Translations under genes and position numbers: made by a program
DNA from: Balanoglossus misakiensis
Lineage: Eukaryota; Animalia; Hemichordata
Direction of reading: 5' to 3'
Length of the DNA: 64,000 nt
NCBI GenBank assembly: GCA_040954595.2
Contig: CM082593.2
Coordinates: forward strand, 10,863,477-10,927,476
Notes under the pieces: model-generated
The model's input: the letters and a program-made list of their open reading frames with translations, nothing else
The model's database searches: none
Told to the model about the DNA's origin: nothing
Shown: positions 1 through 11,700 of the stretch, in pieces
Layout: the number at the start of each line of letters is the position of its first letter
How positions within the stretch are numbered: the first letter of the stretch is position 1

Positions 1-231
1 GCTTAACACCTGTTCTACTGGATGATATTTTACTGCAAACGGGCAGTAAATACACCAAAATCGCAACCAACAGCGCAGTATTTTCAAAATAATCTAAGTT
101 CGAAGTAGGTATCGTATAATTCTTGGGAGATCGAGACATTTTACATTCTCAGCAACGTACGACATATGGACGCGAGTCTACATGCTACATGCTGCAGTGT
201 ATGTACGTTCAAATGTTCGGCGTAATAAAAT

Positions 232-415
232 TAATAACACATTATGCTCGGGCAACATCACGATTTGAAGCCTGCCCTCGGGCTGGTGATCTCTGACCAA
301 AATATTGATGATACCCTCGCCTGCGGCTCGGGCATCATCAATATTATGGTCAGAGATCACCATCCCTCATGCAGGCTTCAAATCGTGATATTGCCCTCGC
401 TATCATGTGTTATTA
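232..415. repeat. Long imperfect palindrome, probably the end of a non-autonomous element (Crypton-like?)
   Basis: Arms such as atcacgatttgaagcctgc / gcaggcttcaaatcgtgat and ggtgatctctgacca / tggtcagagatcacc surround a gcctgcggc loop. The same architecture occurs at 52207-52399. Confidence 0.65.
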
Positions 416-781
416 TTTAAATTAAACACTTTTTCTTGTTCCTCTCCTCATGAGTAACCCATCACACCCAGCTCTCTGCTTGTCAACGAGTCATGTGTAT
501 GTGTACTGACTGTTGTTATTATTTACGAATGTTTTCAAACAACAACAATGCCGATTGTGCCCTCATAGGTTTCGTTGAGAAGTTAAGACTATGGATTTAA
601 CTCTGCCCTGCGTAGCTGAACAAGAAACTATAATTGATACACAGAATAGAAATACTGAAAAATGCAAAAAGTTACAGCTAATGGGGCTTAAGTCATGAAA
701 CCGTGTTTATTTTCATGTATATTGGCTTGAGACAGCTCACTATTTATGATGTGTGTTGTGACATTTTTTTATTCTTTTCAG

Positions 782-983
782 TTTCTACATTTTGACACTG
801 AACTTTATTATGATACTGTTGTCATTGTCGAGGTGTCTGTGTTTGACCCATCCAAAGTTCTTGCCACATACAGTGGACCGGACCAGCCTGATGAAGTTAT
901 TAGCAGTGGTAATGCAATGTTGGTGAAATTTCTCTCAGATAGTTCGCATACTGCTACTGGCTTTGAAGCATCTTGGCAAGCAG
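782..983 (+). CDS. Exon: C-terminal half of a CUB domain
   Basis: ttttcag|...|gtaat, phase 0 to 1. FLHFDTELYYDTV...LATYSG...ISSGNAMLVKFLSDSSHTATGFEASW. Confidence 0.9.
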
Positions 984-1276
984 GTAATACCAAGTTTTAT
1001 ACATAATGTAAAACTGGAAATTTTCGCAAACGATAAATTTTCGCGAACTACACATAAACTTTGCATGTGTGGACACAAGGCAACTAAAAGCATTAATGCT
1101 CTGTGTTTACCTTAGGCAAATAGTGTCTCTGAAACGTTTCGAATTTTACCCTACGTGAACCTGGTATAACATTATAGATTGCACATGTAGGCAATATTTG
1201 CCCTACCTCGACTGTGATCTTGCTGATGTCCTGTTTGTGAAGTATTTCTGTTAAGATGACTTCTTCTTTCTTTCAG

Positions 1277-1428
1277 TGTATTCTTTGTGTGGTGGGAATT
1301 TCATAGCACAGTCATATAAACAGAATCTCAGCAGTACAGAATATTTTGAAGGCAAGAATTATCTCAACAATGAAGATTGTAACTGACAGCTGGCATCATT
1401 CACAACAGAATTTGTTGTCACTTTACAG
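1277..1428 (+). pseudogene. Exon: N-terminal half of a CUB domain with an in-frame stop
   Basis: tttcag|...|gtagtg, phase 1 to 0. YSLCGGNFIAQ...NYLNNEDCN*QL...VVTLQ. The TGA (1384-1386) sits at the conserved C-x-W tryptophan. Confidence 0.85.
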
Positions 1429-2182
1429 GTAGTGGATTCAGATGCAATTAATCGTGTGAGTTGTTTTACAGCATGACAAAAATTAGTAATTATATTTTTA
1501 AAAATACATTTTATTTTTGTCATTTCTGGTCAATTCTCAGTAGTCACTTTTCCGATTTCTTAAAATTTGGTTTACAAGGACCTACAATATTTGTTATTAT
1601 GGTGTACATAAACATGTGACAAATATCAATACTGGGGAGGAGGGGGGTGGGTAGTTTTAGACATTTTTGGTCCAAAAGTCCACTTATGTCAGAAACGGCT
1701 CTTCCAGTTGTTTTGGATTTTGGTTTATTGGGATGTGAAAATATTCTTTATCAGATGTATTCTTATATTACCTCATCAATGCTAAAGGTGTCCTTATATT
1801 GTCCCTTTAAATCACTTAAAATCATTCCCAAAGAATTTCAACCCAGTAAGAATTGTAAGGATCACAGATCTATCTTCTTTTGCCATTCTTTCTGGAAGTT
1901 TATAATATAAGCTAATCTGATACTGGGTCATTATGGAACTTTTTAACAGAAAAAATAACAAAATGTGAAAAAAGTTAAATGAGTTTAATTTGATAACTAC
2001 ATGTATAACGACAGAAAGGTTTGACCTAAGGAAGTCATATACAGTTAACAGTCATTTCTTCTGTCGCGTACGACTTTTTATCCAGAAGGCAATTATTATG
2101 TGATTTGATCCCCTAGCACAAAATAAAAGGCAGCCAGGATTACACCAAACCTGTGGATTGAATTCATTATTCCTTGTTTGGT

Positions 2183-2932
2183 ATTTTTAGCTTGGCTGTC
2201 ACTTGTGTCAGCCAAGCTGTAGCAGTAGGTTGATAAGTGTCCGTCTGTCGTCCGGCGTCCGTTGTCCGTCGTCCGTCAACTTTCGGTATTTCAATCTTCT
2301 TCGTTAAAACGACATTGCATATTTAGCTATAATTTGGTAGGAATGTGTGTTATGGTGCCCCTACCTGATTTTGTAAATTTGGATTTGATGGGGTCATAAA
2401 TATGCAAATTAGATCTAAAAATAGAATGTTGGTCAAACATTTTCTTCTCCCTAACTACATGTACGATGGAGCTGAAATTTGGCAGGAATGTGTGTTATGG
2501 TGCCCCTACCTGATTTCATAAATTTGGATATGATCGGGTCATGAATATGCAAATTAGATCTAAAAATATAATTTTTGGTAAAAAATCTTCTTCTCCCTAA
2601 CTACATGTACGATGGAGCTGAAATTTGGTAGAATGTGTGTTATGGTGCCCCTACCTGATTTTGTTTTATTGGAATTTTGATCGGGTCATGAATATGCAAA
2701 TTAGTACCTTGGTACTTCCTTTTGATGTTGTTCTTTAGGAATAAATTCTTTCTTTCTTTAGCACAATGAATCAGGCTGAATGTGGATATTAAATACTTGT
2801 GATGTCTATGTTTGGTTTTGTTTAATAGAATACAATTGTTATGATTAAAACCTAGGGTATTCATATCATTGCCCAGCTATAGGTTTCACTGTTAAAGTCA
2901 GCAGAGCTCTTTCGACCGATAGGTCACTTGTT
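2183..2932. mobile_element. Helentron/HINE-like non-autonomous element
   Basis: Terminal hairpin agcttggctg...cagccaagct, a (cgtc)n microsatellite, and about three internal tandem copies containing gaatgtgtgttatggtgcccctacctgattt. Confidence 0.55.
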
Positions 2933-2941
2933 TCTTTAAAG

Positions 2942-3126
2942 GTTGCCAGGGAATTGAAATTCTGCGTAGTTTTGGCACGATTCAGTCACCAGGGTATGAT
3001 GTTAGCACTTACCCTGATGATGTTATGTGTAGCTGGTTAATCAAGGAACCAACTGGAAGACCATTAACTCTTATCTTTGATGAGAACTTTGGATTAGAGA
3101 GGAACACAGATGTTGATTACATCATT
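2942..3126 (+). CDS. Exon: N-terminal half of a CUB domain
   Basis: ctttaaag|...|gtgagt, phase 1 to 0. CQGIEILRSFGTIQSPGYDVSTYPDDVMCSWLIKEPTGRPLTLIFDENFGLE. Confidence 0.9.
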
Positions 3127-3293
3127 GTGAGTATCAGATATGATCATGAGTCAGCCATGTTAAAAATATTTGTCATATTAAAAAATTTGTCATATTATTT
3201 TGCAGTGATTTTAGTTTGACAATTTTGGCAGACATTACTTCAAACTATACAACTTTGGAACACAATTTGGAAATTTAATTAATCACATATATA

Positions 3294-3499
3294 CTGTAAA
3301 ACGGGATACTTTTGCAACATGAAATTTTCGCGTTATCAAAAGAGGCAAGTGTTATGCAACAATAACTTTTCACGTTCTTGTATTTCACTGCATCATTATC
3401 CCCGAAAAACATTTTTACGCAACTTTTTATTTTCATGTTTTGATGGCTCTCACGTAGATCGCGAAAATTTATTGTTTGCGAACATTTCCCATTTTACAG
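3294..3499. mobile_element. Tc1/mariner-type MITE
   Basis: TA|ctgtaaaacggga...tcccattttacag|TA. Related copies at ~3546-3740, ~6799-6990 and ~1005-1050. Confidence 0.7.
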
Positions 3500-3779
3500 T
3501 ATGTTGAGTAGCTGTTACAGCAGGAAATGCAACAAGGATTGAATACTATAAAATTTTCGTGAACGATAAATTTTCGTAAACTATGTGAGAGCCAAAAAAT
3601 ATGAAAATAAAAAGTCGCTTAAAATGCTTCAGAGATAACAATGCAGTAAAATATGGCAATGTGAAAATTAATTGTCGCGTAACAGTAGCCACCTTTGATA
3701 TCGCGAAAATTTCCTGTTGTGAAGATTTCCCGTTTTACGGTATTTACAATGCATGCTTAATTTGTCTTTGTTTCTGAAG

Positions 3780-3963
3780 GTATACAATGGTACTGAGAGT
3801 GATGATGATGTCATTATTGGTCCATGGAGTGGCAATTCTGATGGAGTCATTGATGGCACAGTGCCACCACCCGATTGCCGTACAGACATTGGACACTTTT
3901 CGGTTGTGTTCAGGAGTAGTAGAACACGACCAGCTAAAGGATTCAGGGCTTCATTTTCACCAG
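3780..3963 (+). CDS. Exon: C-terminal half of a CUB domain
   Basis: ttctgaag|...|gtacac, phase 0 to 1. VYNGTESDDDVIIGPWSG...FSVVFRSSRTRPAKGFRASFSP. Confidence 0.88.
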
Positions 3964-3972
3964 GTACACATA

Positions 3973-4179
3973 CTGTAAAACACTTTATTTTCACGAGTTG
4001 AAATTTTTCGCGACATCGAGAGAGGCCACTGTTTCGCCAGTATTAATTTTCGCGTTCTCTTATTTCATTCATTGCATCTTTATCTTCAAAAAAATTACGC
4101 AACTTTTTATTTTCACGCTATTTTGGCTCTCGCGTATTTCGCGAAAATCTCTTGCTCGCGAAAATAAAGTGTTTTACAG
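3973..4179. mobile_element. Tc1/mariner-type MITE
   Basis: TA|ctgtaaaacactttattttc...gaaaataaagtgttttacag|TA. A close copy in the opposite orientation lies at 31625-31823. Confidence 0.85.
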
Positions 4180-4398
4180 TAACTTACTAACATTTCAGAA
4201 AAAGTTGTTACAGAATTCTTAGAAACACACTCTCCCTTTATTCCTTGTGATTTAGAGTCATTAATTGAAAGGTGCAAATGTTTTTGAATTTTTACGAAAC
4301 TTCAAAGAGCTGGAAAAACAGAGACAGTAATTTCTTACAATTGCAATGCAATTTTGGACCATTGACAGGAATGGCAACACTCTTGTATCACACTCAAT

Positions 4399-4626
4399 AA
4401 AGTGATGGGGTCGTCGCACTGCGTTTGTTTGTTTATAAACATTGCAATTCATCCACAAATCCCTGAAATTAGACAGCCACGACCTACTAGGATCTTCAGT
4501 TGCTGTCATGGACAGTCTAGGATACTGTCAGCTGCTTCGTTCATTCTAAGAATTATCTTATTTGAGGGATTTGTGGATGAATTGTAATGTTTATAAACAA
4601 ACGCATTGCGACGACCCCTTCACTTT
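4399..4626. mobile_element. MITE with ~70-bp terminal inverted repeats
   Basis: aaagtgatggggtcgtcgca...aattcatccacaaatccct versus agggatttgtggatgaatt...tgcgacgaccccttcacttt. Confidence 0.7.
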
Positions 4627-4699
4627 GAAACAACTGACATTTATGAGTTTAAGTATTTGTCTGCATGCATTCTTATCATTGTGATCCTTGTTCTGACAG

Positions 4700-4802
4700 A
4701 CTGTCCCGAAATTGTGATTAGTGAGGGCGTGGTGACCAGTACAGAGATAGAAGGTATGATGTCTCTGTCTCATTCCAATGCTCGGACGGTTATCCAGTAG
4801 TT
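4700..4802 (+). pseudogene. Exon: broken sushi/CCP domain
   Basis: tgacag|DCPEIVISEGVVTSTE, then a 1-nt frameshift to RRYDVSVSFQCSDGYPVV, cut off by a TTAA-inserted element at 4801-4805. Confidence 0.75.
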
Positions 4803-5045
4803 AAAGGGGATGTCCGGTCTAGCTGATATCTACATAATTTTGTAGCTTTGAGGTCACTCTTTCAGGAAAAAAAAAACATTTTCGCCGTGTATAAGTCGTA
4901 CCAGCTATGCAAATATGCCTAGCCTGGTGTCTTGTATCCAAGATAATTAATGAAAAAAGTGCAGTGATGAGAGAGACTTAATTTGTCTCTTGAATCTATT
5001 GTTAGCAACAACTTGAATGACACTAATTTGTTGTTTATTTTTTAG

Positions 5046-5225
5046 GAATAACATGTGGTGGACCCCCTGAGTGCAGCAATGGAATTCTTACCAATGTTAC
5101 CAGTACAGTGTATGGTGGCATTGCTTATTATCAATGCATTGAGGGCTATCAGTTTATAAATAATGTGTCTTCATTGGAATGCCAAGCAGATGGTGTCTGG
5201 GGTCCACTTGTGCCCCAATGCGAGC
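5046..5225 (+). CDS. Exon: sushi/CCP domain
   Basis: tttag|...|gtaag, 180 nt, phase 1-1. ITCGGPPECSNG...YGGIAYYQCIEGY...LECQADGVWGPLVPQCE. Confidence 0.92.
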
Positions 5226-5328
5226 GTAAGTTGATATTTTTGAAAACAATTAAACTGCCATTGTAGTGCACACTTAGGAGACGGATTTTCAGAAAAATGT
5301 TAGTCCTCTGAACCTTTCAGTGCTTTAA

Positions 5329-5628
5329 AGCCACTAGAGCTGCCACTTTTTGCATTTATTTTCAGATTTTATTTTCCGACGTAGATTGGTACATTGAAAT
5401 AATTAAGCTTACTGATAGGGATACAAGAACATGTCATCAATGCCTGATTGTGGCTGTATGTTGCAATTTAAACGTGCAATGTATTAAACAGGTGCCGTAC
5501 CCATTTTATTAAAATCAGCCTCCATACAAACAGTATGCAGCTAGCTATCGTGGTATGCATCACCATAGATTTGAAAGGTTTTACTGTGGAAAAGAAAAAA
5601 ATTGTGAAATTTGGCAGCTCTAGAGGCT
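5329..5628. mobile_element. Kolobok-like non-autonomous element (TTAA TSD)
   Basis: TTAA|agccactagagctgcca...tggcagctctagaggct|TTAA, TIR match 16/17. Confidence 0.8.
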
Positions 5629-5929
5629 TTAAAGTGTGTGATGAGTCGTTTTGAAAACAAAGTATAACACAGGGTGTTCACTGTCATGTTTTCATAAAAA
5701 TCACTGACTCAAGTTGAAATTCTCTCCATAGCGTTATGATGGGGCACTTTGTGCTGGTTGCTACATTCCACATGGGTGTCTAATTGGGACATTACACACT
5801 GAATGTTAAACCAGACACTGGTAACTTGAAAATATGCAGGATTGTGAGGGTTACTGCTACATGTCCCTCTAAACCATTTTCCTAGTATTAACACACTTGT
5901 AATGTTATCTGTTCATCTTATCCAAACAG

Positions 5930-6112
5930 CTCGCGAGTGTCCACCACCGAATGTAGACAACTACTTATCATATGAAATTGTTAATGGTGATTCATTGATT
6001 TTTGGAACAACCGTTGCCTACTCATGTCCATCTGGCTACAGTCTGACTGGCTACACTGTCTCTACATGTGGTGAAGATGGATCATGGATTGGAGATCCAG
6101 GATACTGTCAAC
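5930..6112 (+). CDS. Exon: sushi/CCP domain
   Basis: aacag|...|gtaagt, 183 nt, phase 1-1. ECPPP...FGTTVAYSCPSGYSLTG...TCGEDGSWIGDPGYCQ. Confidence 0.92.
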
Positions 6113-6422
6113 GTAAGTCATTTAAGGATGTACATTCAGTAAAATTGAAAATATGGTCATTTCTTTTAATTGTTAATTTTTGGATTATCCTATGTATGTA
6201 TAATGAAAATTTGTGATAAAATATAGGGGTCACCACGCTTGTTTTTGAAATACAGAGTCATGAATTTAGTCGATAATTGAAAAAAAGGAGTCAATGGTAT
6301 CTGGACTTTTATAGTGGGAACTTGGGGTGAAAATGTTAAAGTTGTGACAGAATACAGATACCCAATATATATACCACAATCAAGTCTGCATCCACATAGT
6401 GTTTTATTTTTTTTACTTGCAG

Positions 6423-6605
6423 GATTGAACTGCAGTGATATACTCATAACAGACCCACATCTACAAGCTGTCCCTGATAGTGGACCATATTATATGGGCA
6501 GTAACATCACATTCTATTGTAATGCTGGCTATGAATTAAATGGTGCTGATTACCTGACTTGTCAATCCGATTTACAGTGGAATAGTGCAATACCATCATG
6601 CATTG
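6423..6605 (+). CDS. Exon: sushi/CCP domain
   Basis: ttgcag|...|gtaag, 183 nt, phase 1-1. LNCSD...MGSNITFYCNAGYELNGADYLTCQSDLQWNSAIPSCI. Confidence 0.92.
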
Positions 6606-7082
6606 GTAAGTTCACATCAAGATTGGTCTTCATGTGGTTGTCTGCTTATGAGGTACCGTAATCGATCACTCCAGTAATTTGACTATTTATCATAAATGTC
6701 ACCTAAACTACATGCTGATAGGACATACAGTTCATGCCATGCAAATCTATGGCTGTCAGAAATTTCATGATTTTCGTAATTTTATTTTTCATTGATTACT
6801 GTAAAACAGGAAATTTTCGCGACAAAGAAATTTTTTGCGATATCAAAAGCAGAAACTGTTATGAGACGATTAATTTTCATGTTCTCGTATTTCACTACAT
6901 TGTTATCACTGAAAATAGTTTTTTACACAAATATGTCTTTTTTGGGGGGCTCTTGCATAGTTCGCGAAAATTTGTTTGTGAAAATTTCCTGTTGGTCTGG
7001 TGGTTCCCAGCTAAACTTGTTGGTCTGAATTTACCAGCGGACCTGTGGGATTTTGATCATATCTTGATGAATAACATTTCAG

Positions 7083-7211
7083 ATATCAATGAATGTAGTA
7101 CATTGGTGGCACGGTGTGGAATCAATCAAGTCTGTGAAAATAGAGATGGTGACTATCAGTGTGCATGTTTGGTGGGATTTGAACCAGATGTGAATGGAAC
7201 AGCATGCAAAG
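7083..7211 (+). CDS. Exon: calcium-binding EGF domain
   Basis: tttcag|...|gtgaga, 129 nt, phase 1-1. DINECSTLVARCGINQVCENRDGDYQCACLVGFEPDVNGTACK. Confidence 0.92.
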
Positions 7212-7732
7212 GTGAGACATAAACAAGTCACTTGCAACATAACTTCAAGTCACTATTTTCACATTTAACACATTCCGAACTTATTTCAGAATTCCGGATA
7301 AATTTTTGGAATGACCTTTTAATCTCAGGTGTCTTTTTCTCATAGGATTACATTGATAATTGCTAGAAAACAAACTTCTACTATTGTCATTTTCACGAAA
7401 TTTTACACATAGCTCAGTCTAGTAAATATAAATTCATTGGTCAAATAAAATTGTGTGATTACAATGCTCTATTTTGAGATAAATTTCTTTAAGGTTTTTG
7501 TCCATAGACAAACCATTGGTGAACCATGCTGAGTCAGCAGGTTTCTTCTATTATCAACTAAATTAATGGCCTTGTATTTCAAAAGCAAGCAAGGTGACGC
7601 CTTTATTTTATCACAGATTCATCTTGTACGTACACAAGATAATCCCAAAATTCACGATTAAAAGAAATGACAATACTTTCAATTTTACTGAACGTACATT
7701 GTTTTAATCCAATCCATGTTCCTTCTTTGTAG

Positions 7733-7918
7733 ATATAAATGAATGTGCTTCACATTCTTGTGATCAACTTTGTAAAAACACTGCAGGTGGTTTTCAATGT
7801 TCCTGTGAAGAAGGCTATCTCTTATATGCAAATAACGGCACAGGTGGATTCTATCTGCCACCTGGAGAAACTGGTCTCTCAATGTATGATGTCTACACTT
7901 TTAACCAATCATGTGTTC
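7733..7918 (+). CDS. Exon: calcium-binding EGF domain with a long insert
   Basis: tttgtag|...|gtaagt, 186 nt, phase 1-1. DINECASHSCDQLCKNTAGGFQCSCEEGYLLYANNGTGGFYLPPGETG...NQSCV. Confidence 0.92.
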
Positions 7919-8433
7919 GTAAGTATCATGTTAAACTATAGAGTTAAAGGTATATGATCACCCATGGAAAATTAGCTATATATAGTTACCATGGAAAATT
8001 GAAATCTAGCCAATCACAGATTTTCATTTGGTGGCACACGTGGAAAACAGGCGCCACCATATGTTCTTTAGAATGCTCAAATACGCCATTCAGCCATATA
8101 TGGGAATGTGTATTGAAGGTGACTGTATACTTTTAACCAAGATTTGTCATATTATTGACCTTTATACCGCAATGAATTTGCAGCAACAAAAAGTGGACAA
8201 AAAGCTGAATTTCATAATTGGATTTCATAATTTTGCCGTAATTCAATAATGAAATGTGGAGAAAGTCAGCAGACCAACTTTGCACTGTTATTATTTATTT
8301 TGGATTTGTTTCCCTCCTGCTAACAAAAGTGTCCTCTCACCTCATGGCATGAAGATGCATTGAATTCTGAGAAAAAGGGGATTAATACTTGAGTGTATTT
8401 ACAAAGACAAACAAGCTCACTGGTAGCATTTAA

Positions 8434-8540
8434 AGGGGAAGTCCGGTTCAGCTACATAATTGGGTAGCTTTGAGGTCATTCTTTCAGAAAAAAACATTGT
8501 GTAGAAATTATGCATAAATCAGCTGGACAGGACTTCCCTT
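8434..8540. mobile_element. Mini Kolobok-like element (TTAA TSD)
   Basis: TTAA|aggggaagtcc...ggacttccctt|TTAA. Its left end is homologous to 4805-4870. Confidence 0.65.
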
Positions 8541-8749
8541 TTAATATTTCCAAGCAAGGCAATTGGTTTACTGCAACAATTACTTTGAAAACACAGTGTA
8601 AAACAACAATCATGATATGAATGTTACTTTAATAGATAGTCATACTTATATAAGCATGACTGTCTATGTTGGTCTGTAAGTTGTATTTGAAAGAAAAGTT
8701 TCATGTACGAATAGTACAAAGATTGACATTTAGTCCACAAAACCTACCA

Positions 8750-11700
8750 TTAACATTAACCAGAGCACACAGTAACCAGGCCAGAGTGGCCAGTATCGTG
8801 CCCATTAATTTTGAGTGTTTGATGGGGGTCAACCTTTGCGTGAACATTAACCAGAGCACACAGTAACCAGGCCGTAGTGGACAGTGTTCTGCCCATTAAT
8901 TTTGAGTGTTTGGTGGGGTCAACCTTTGCGTCAACATTAACCAGAGCACACAGTAACCAGGCCATAGTGGACAGTGTTCTGCCCATTAATTTTGAGTGTT
9001 TGGTGGGGTCAACCTTTGCGTCAACATTAACCAGAGCACACAGTAACCAGGCCATAGTGGACAGTGTGCTGCCCATTAATTTTGAGTGTTTGGTGGGGTC
9101 AACCTTTGCATCAACATTAACCAGAGCACGCAGTAACCAGGCCGTAGTGGACAGTGTTCTGCCCATTAATTTTGAGTGTTTGGTGGGGTCAACCTTTGCG
9201 TCAACATTAACCAGAGCACGCAGTAACCAGGCCGTAGTGGACAGTGTTCTGCCCATTAATTTTGAGTGTTTGGTGGGGTCAACCTTTGCGTCAACATTAA
9301 CTAGGCCAGAGTGGCCAGTATCGTGCCCATTAATTTTTAGTGTTTGGTGGGGTCAACCTTTGCGTCAACATTAACTAGGCCAGAGTGGCCAGTATCGTGC
9401 CCATCAATTTTGAGTGTTTGGTGGGGTCAACCTTTGCGTCAACATTAACTAGGCCAGAGTGGCCAGTATCGTGCCCATTAATTTTGAGTGTTTGGTGGGG
9501 TCAACCTTTGCGTCAACATTAACTAGGCCAGAGTGGCCAGTATCGTGCCCATTAATTTTGAGTGTTTGGTGGGGGTCAACCTTTGCGTCAACATTAACCA
9601 GAGCACACAGTAACCAGGCCGTAGTGGACAGTGTTCTGCCCATTAATTTTGAGTGTTTGGTGGGGTCAACCTTTGCGTCAACATTAACCAGAGCACACAG
9701 TAACCAGGCCATAGTGGACAGTGTGCTGCCCATTAATTTTGAGTGTTTGGTGGGGTCAACCTTTGCGTCAACATTAACCAGAGCACACAGTAACCAGGCC
9801 ATAGTGGACAGTGTGCTGCCCATTAATTTTGAGTGTTTGGTGGGGTCAACCTTTGCGTCAACATTAACCAGAGCACACAGTAACCAGGCCATAGTGGACA
9901 GTGTTCTGCCCATTAATTTTGAGTGTTTGGTGGGGTCAACCTTTGCGTCAACATTAACCAGAGCACACAGTAACCAGGCCGTAGTGGACAGTGTTCTGCC
10001 CATTAATTTTGAGTGTTTGGTGGGGTCAACCTTTGCGTCAACATTAACCAGAGCACACAGTAACCAGGCCGTAGTGGACAGTGTTCTGCCCATTAATTTT
10101 GAGTGTTTGGTGGGGTCAACCTTTGCGTCAACATTAACCAGAGCACACAGTAACCAGGCCATAGTGGACAGTGTTCTGCCCATTAATTTTGAGTGTTTGG
10201 TGGGGTCAACCTTTGCGTCAACATTAACCAGAGCACACAGTAACCAGGCCGTAGTAGACAGTGTTCTGCCCATTAATTTTGAGTGTTTGGTGGGGTCAAC
10301 CTTTGCGTCAACATTAACCAGAGCACACAGTAACCAGGCCATAGTGGACAGTGTGCTGCCCATTAATTTTGAGTGTTTGGTGGGGTCAACCTTTGCGTCA
10401 ACATTAACCAGAGCACACAGTAACCAGGCCGTAGTGGACAGTGTTCTGCCCATTAATTTTGAGTGTTTGGTGGGGTCAACCTTTGCGTCAACATTAACCA
10501 GAGCACACAGTAACCAGGCCATAGTGGACAGTGTTCTGCCCATTTATTTTGAGTGTTTGGTGGGGTCAACCTTTGCGTCAACATTAACCAGAGCACACAG
10601 TAACCAGGCCGTAGTGGACAGTGTTCTGCCCATTAATTTTGAGTGTTTGGTGGGGTCAACCTTTGCGTCAACATTAACCAGAGCACACAGTAACCAGGCC
10701 GTAGTGGACAGTGTTCTGCCCATTAATTTTGAGTGTTTGGTGGGGTCAACCTTTGCGTCAACATTAACCAGAGCACACAGTAACCAGGCCAGAGTGGCCA
10801 GTATCGTGCCCATTAATTTTGAGTGTTTGATGGGGGTCAACCTTTGCGTCAACATTAACCAGAGCACACAGTAACCAGGCCGTAGTGGACAGTGTTCTGC
10901 CCATTAATTTTGAGTGTTTGGTGGGGTCAACCTTTGCGTCAACATTAACCAGAGCACACAGTAACCAGGCCATAGTGGACAGTGTGCTGCCCATTAATTT
11001 TGAGTGTTTGGTGGGATCAACCTTTGCGTCAACATTAACCAGAGCACACAGTAACCAGGCCGTAGTGGACAGTGTTCTTCCCATTAATTTTGAGTGTTTG
11101 GTGGGGTCAACCTTTGCGTCAACATTAACCAGAGCACACAGTAACCAGGCCGTAGTGGACAGTGTTCTGCCCATTAATTTTGAGTGTTTGGTGGGGTCAA
11201 CCTTTGCGTCAACATTAACCAGATCATACAGTAACCAGGCCGTAGTGGACAGTGTTCTGCCCATTAATTTTGAGGGTTTGGTGGGGTCAACCTTTGCGTC
11301 AACATTAACTAGGCCAGAGTGGCCAGTATCGTGCCCATTAATTTTGAGTGTTTGGTGGGGTCAACCTTTGCGTCAACATTAACTAGGCCAGAGTGGCCAG
11401 TATCGTGCCCATTAATTTTGAGTGTTTGGTGGGGTCAACCTTTGCGTCAACATTAACTAGGCCAGAGTGGCCAGTATCGTGCCCATTAATTTTGAGTGTT
11501 TGGTGGGGTCAACCTTTGCGTCAACATTAACTAGGCCACAGTGGCCAGTATCGTGCCCATTAATTTTGAGTGTTTGGTGGGGTCAACCTTTGCGTCAACA
11601 TTAACTAGGCCACAGTGGCCAGTATCGTGCCCATTAATTTTGAGTGTTTGGTGGGGTCAACCTTTGCGTCAACATTAACTAGGCCAGAGTGGCCAGTATC

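Larger units (their letters stand above)
782..7918 (+). pseudogene. Internal part of an uninflatable-like CUB-sushi-EGF protein gene, degenerate and apparently truncated
   Basis: Ten AG/GT-bounded exons encode half-CUB, half-CUB, CUB (two exons), 4 sushi and 2 cbEGF domains. The last EGF has the long insert LYANNGTGGFYLPPGETGLSMYDVYTFNQSCV, which I recall from uninflatable-family proteins. Lesions: in-frame TGA at 1384, no second half of CUB2, and a frameshift plus TE in sushi 1. Confidence 0.75.

Noticed and set aside
1384-1386. Selenocysteine or recoded TGA
   Set aside because: It occupies a conserved Trp position (TGG to TGA), other Trp codons in the gene are TGG, and the partner exon is missing.
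8765-8900. RAG recombination-signal-like heptamers (cacagta, gacagtg) in the monomer
   Set aside because: The heptamers are imperfect and there is no nonamer at 12 or 23 bp spacing.
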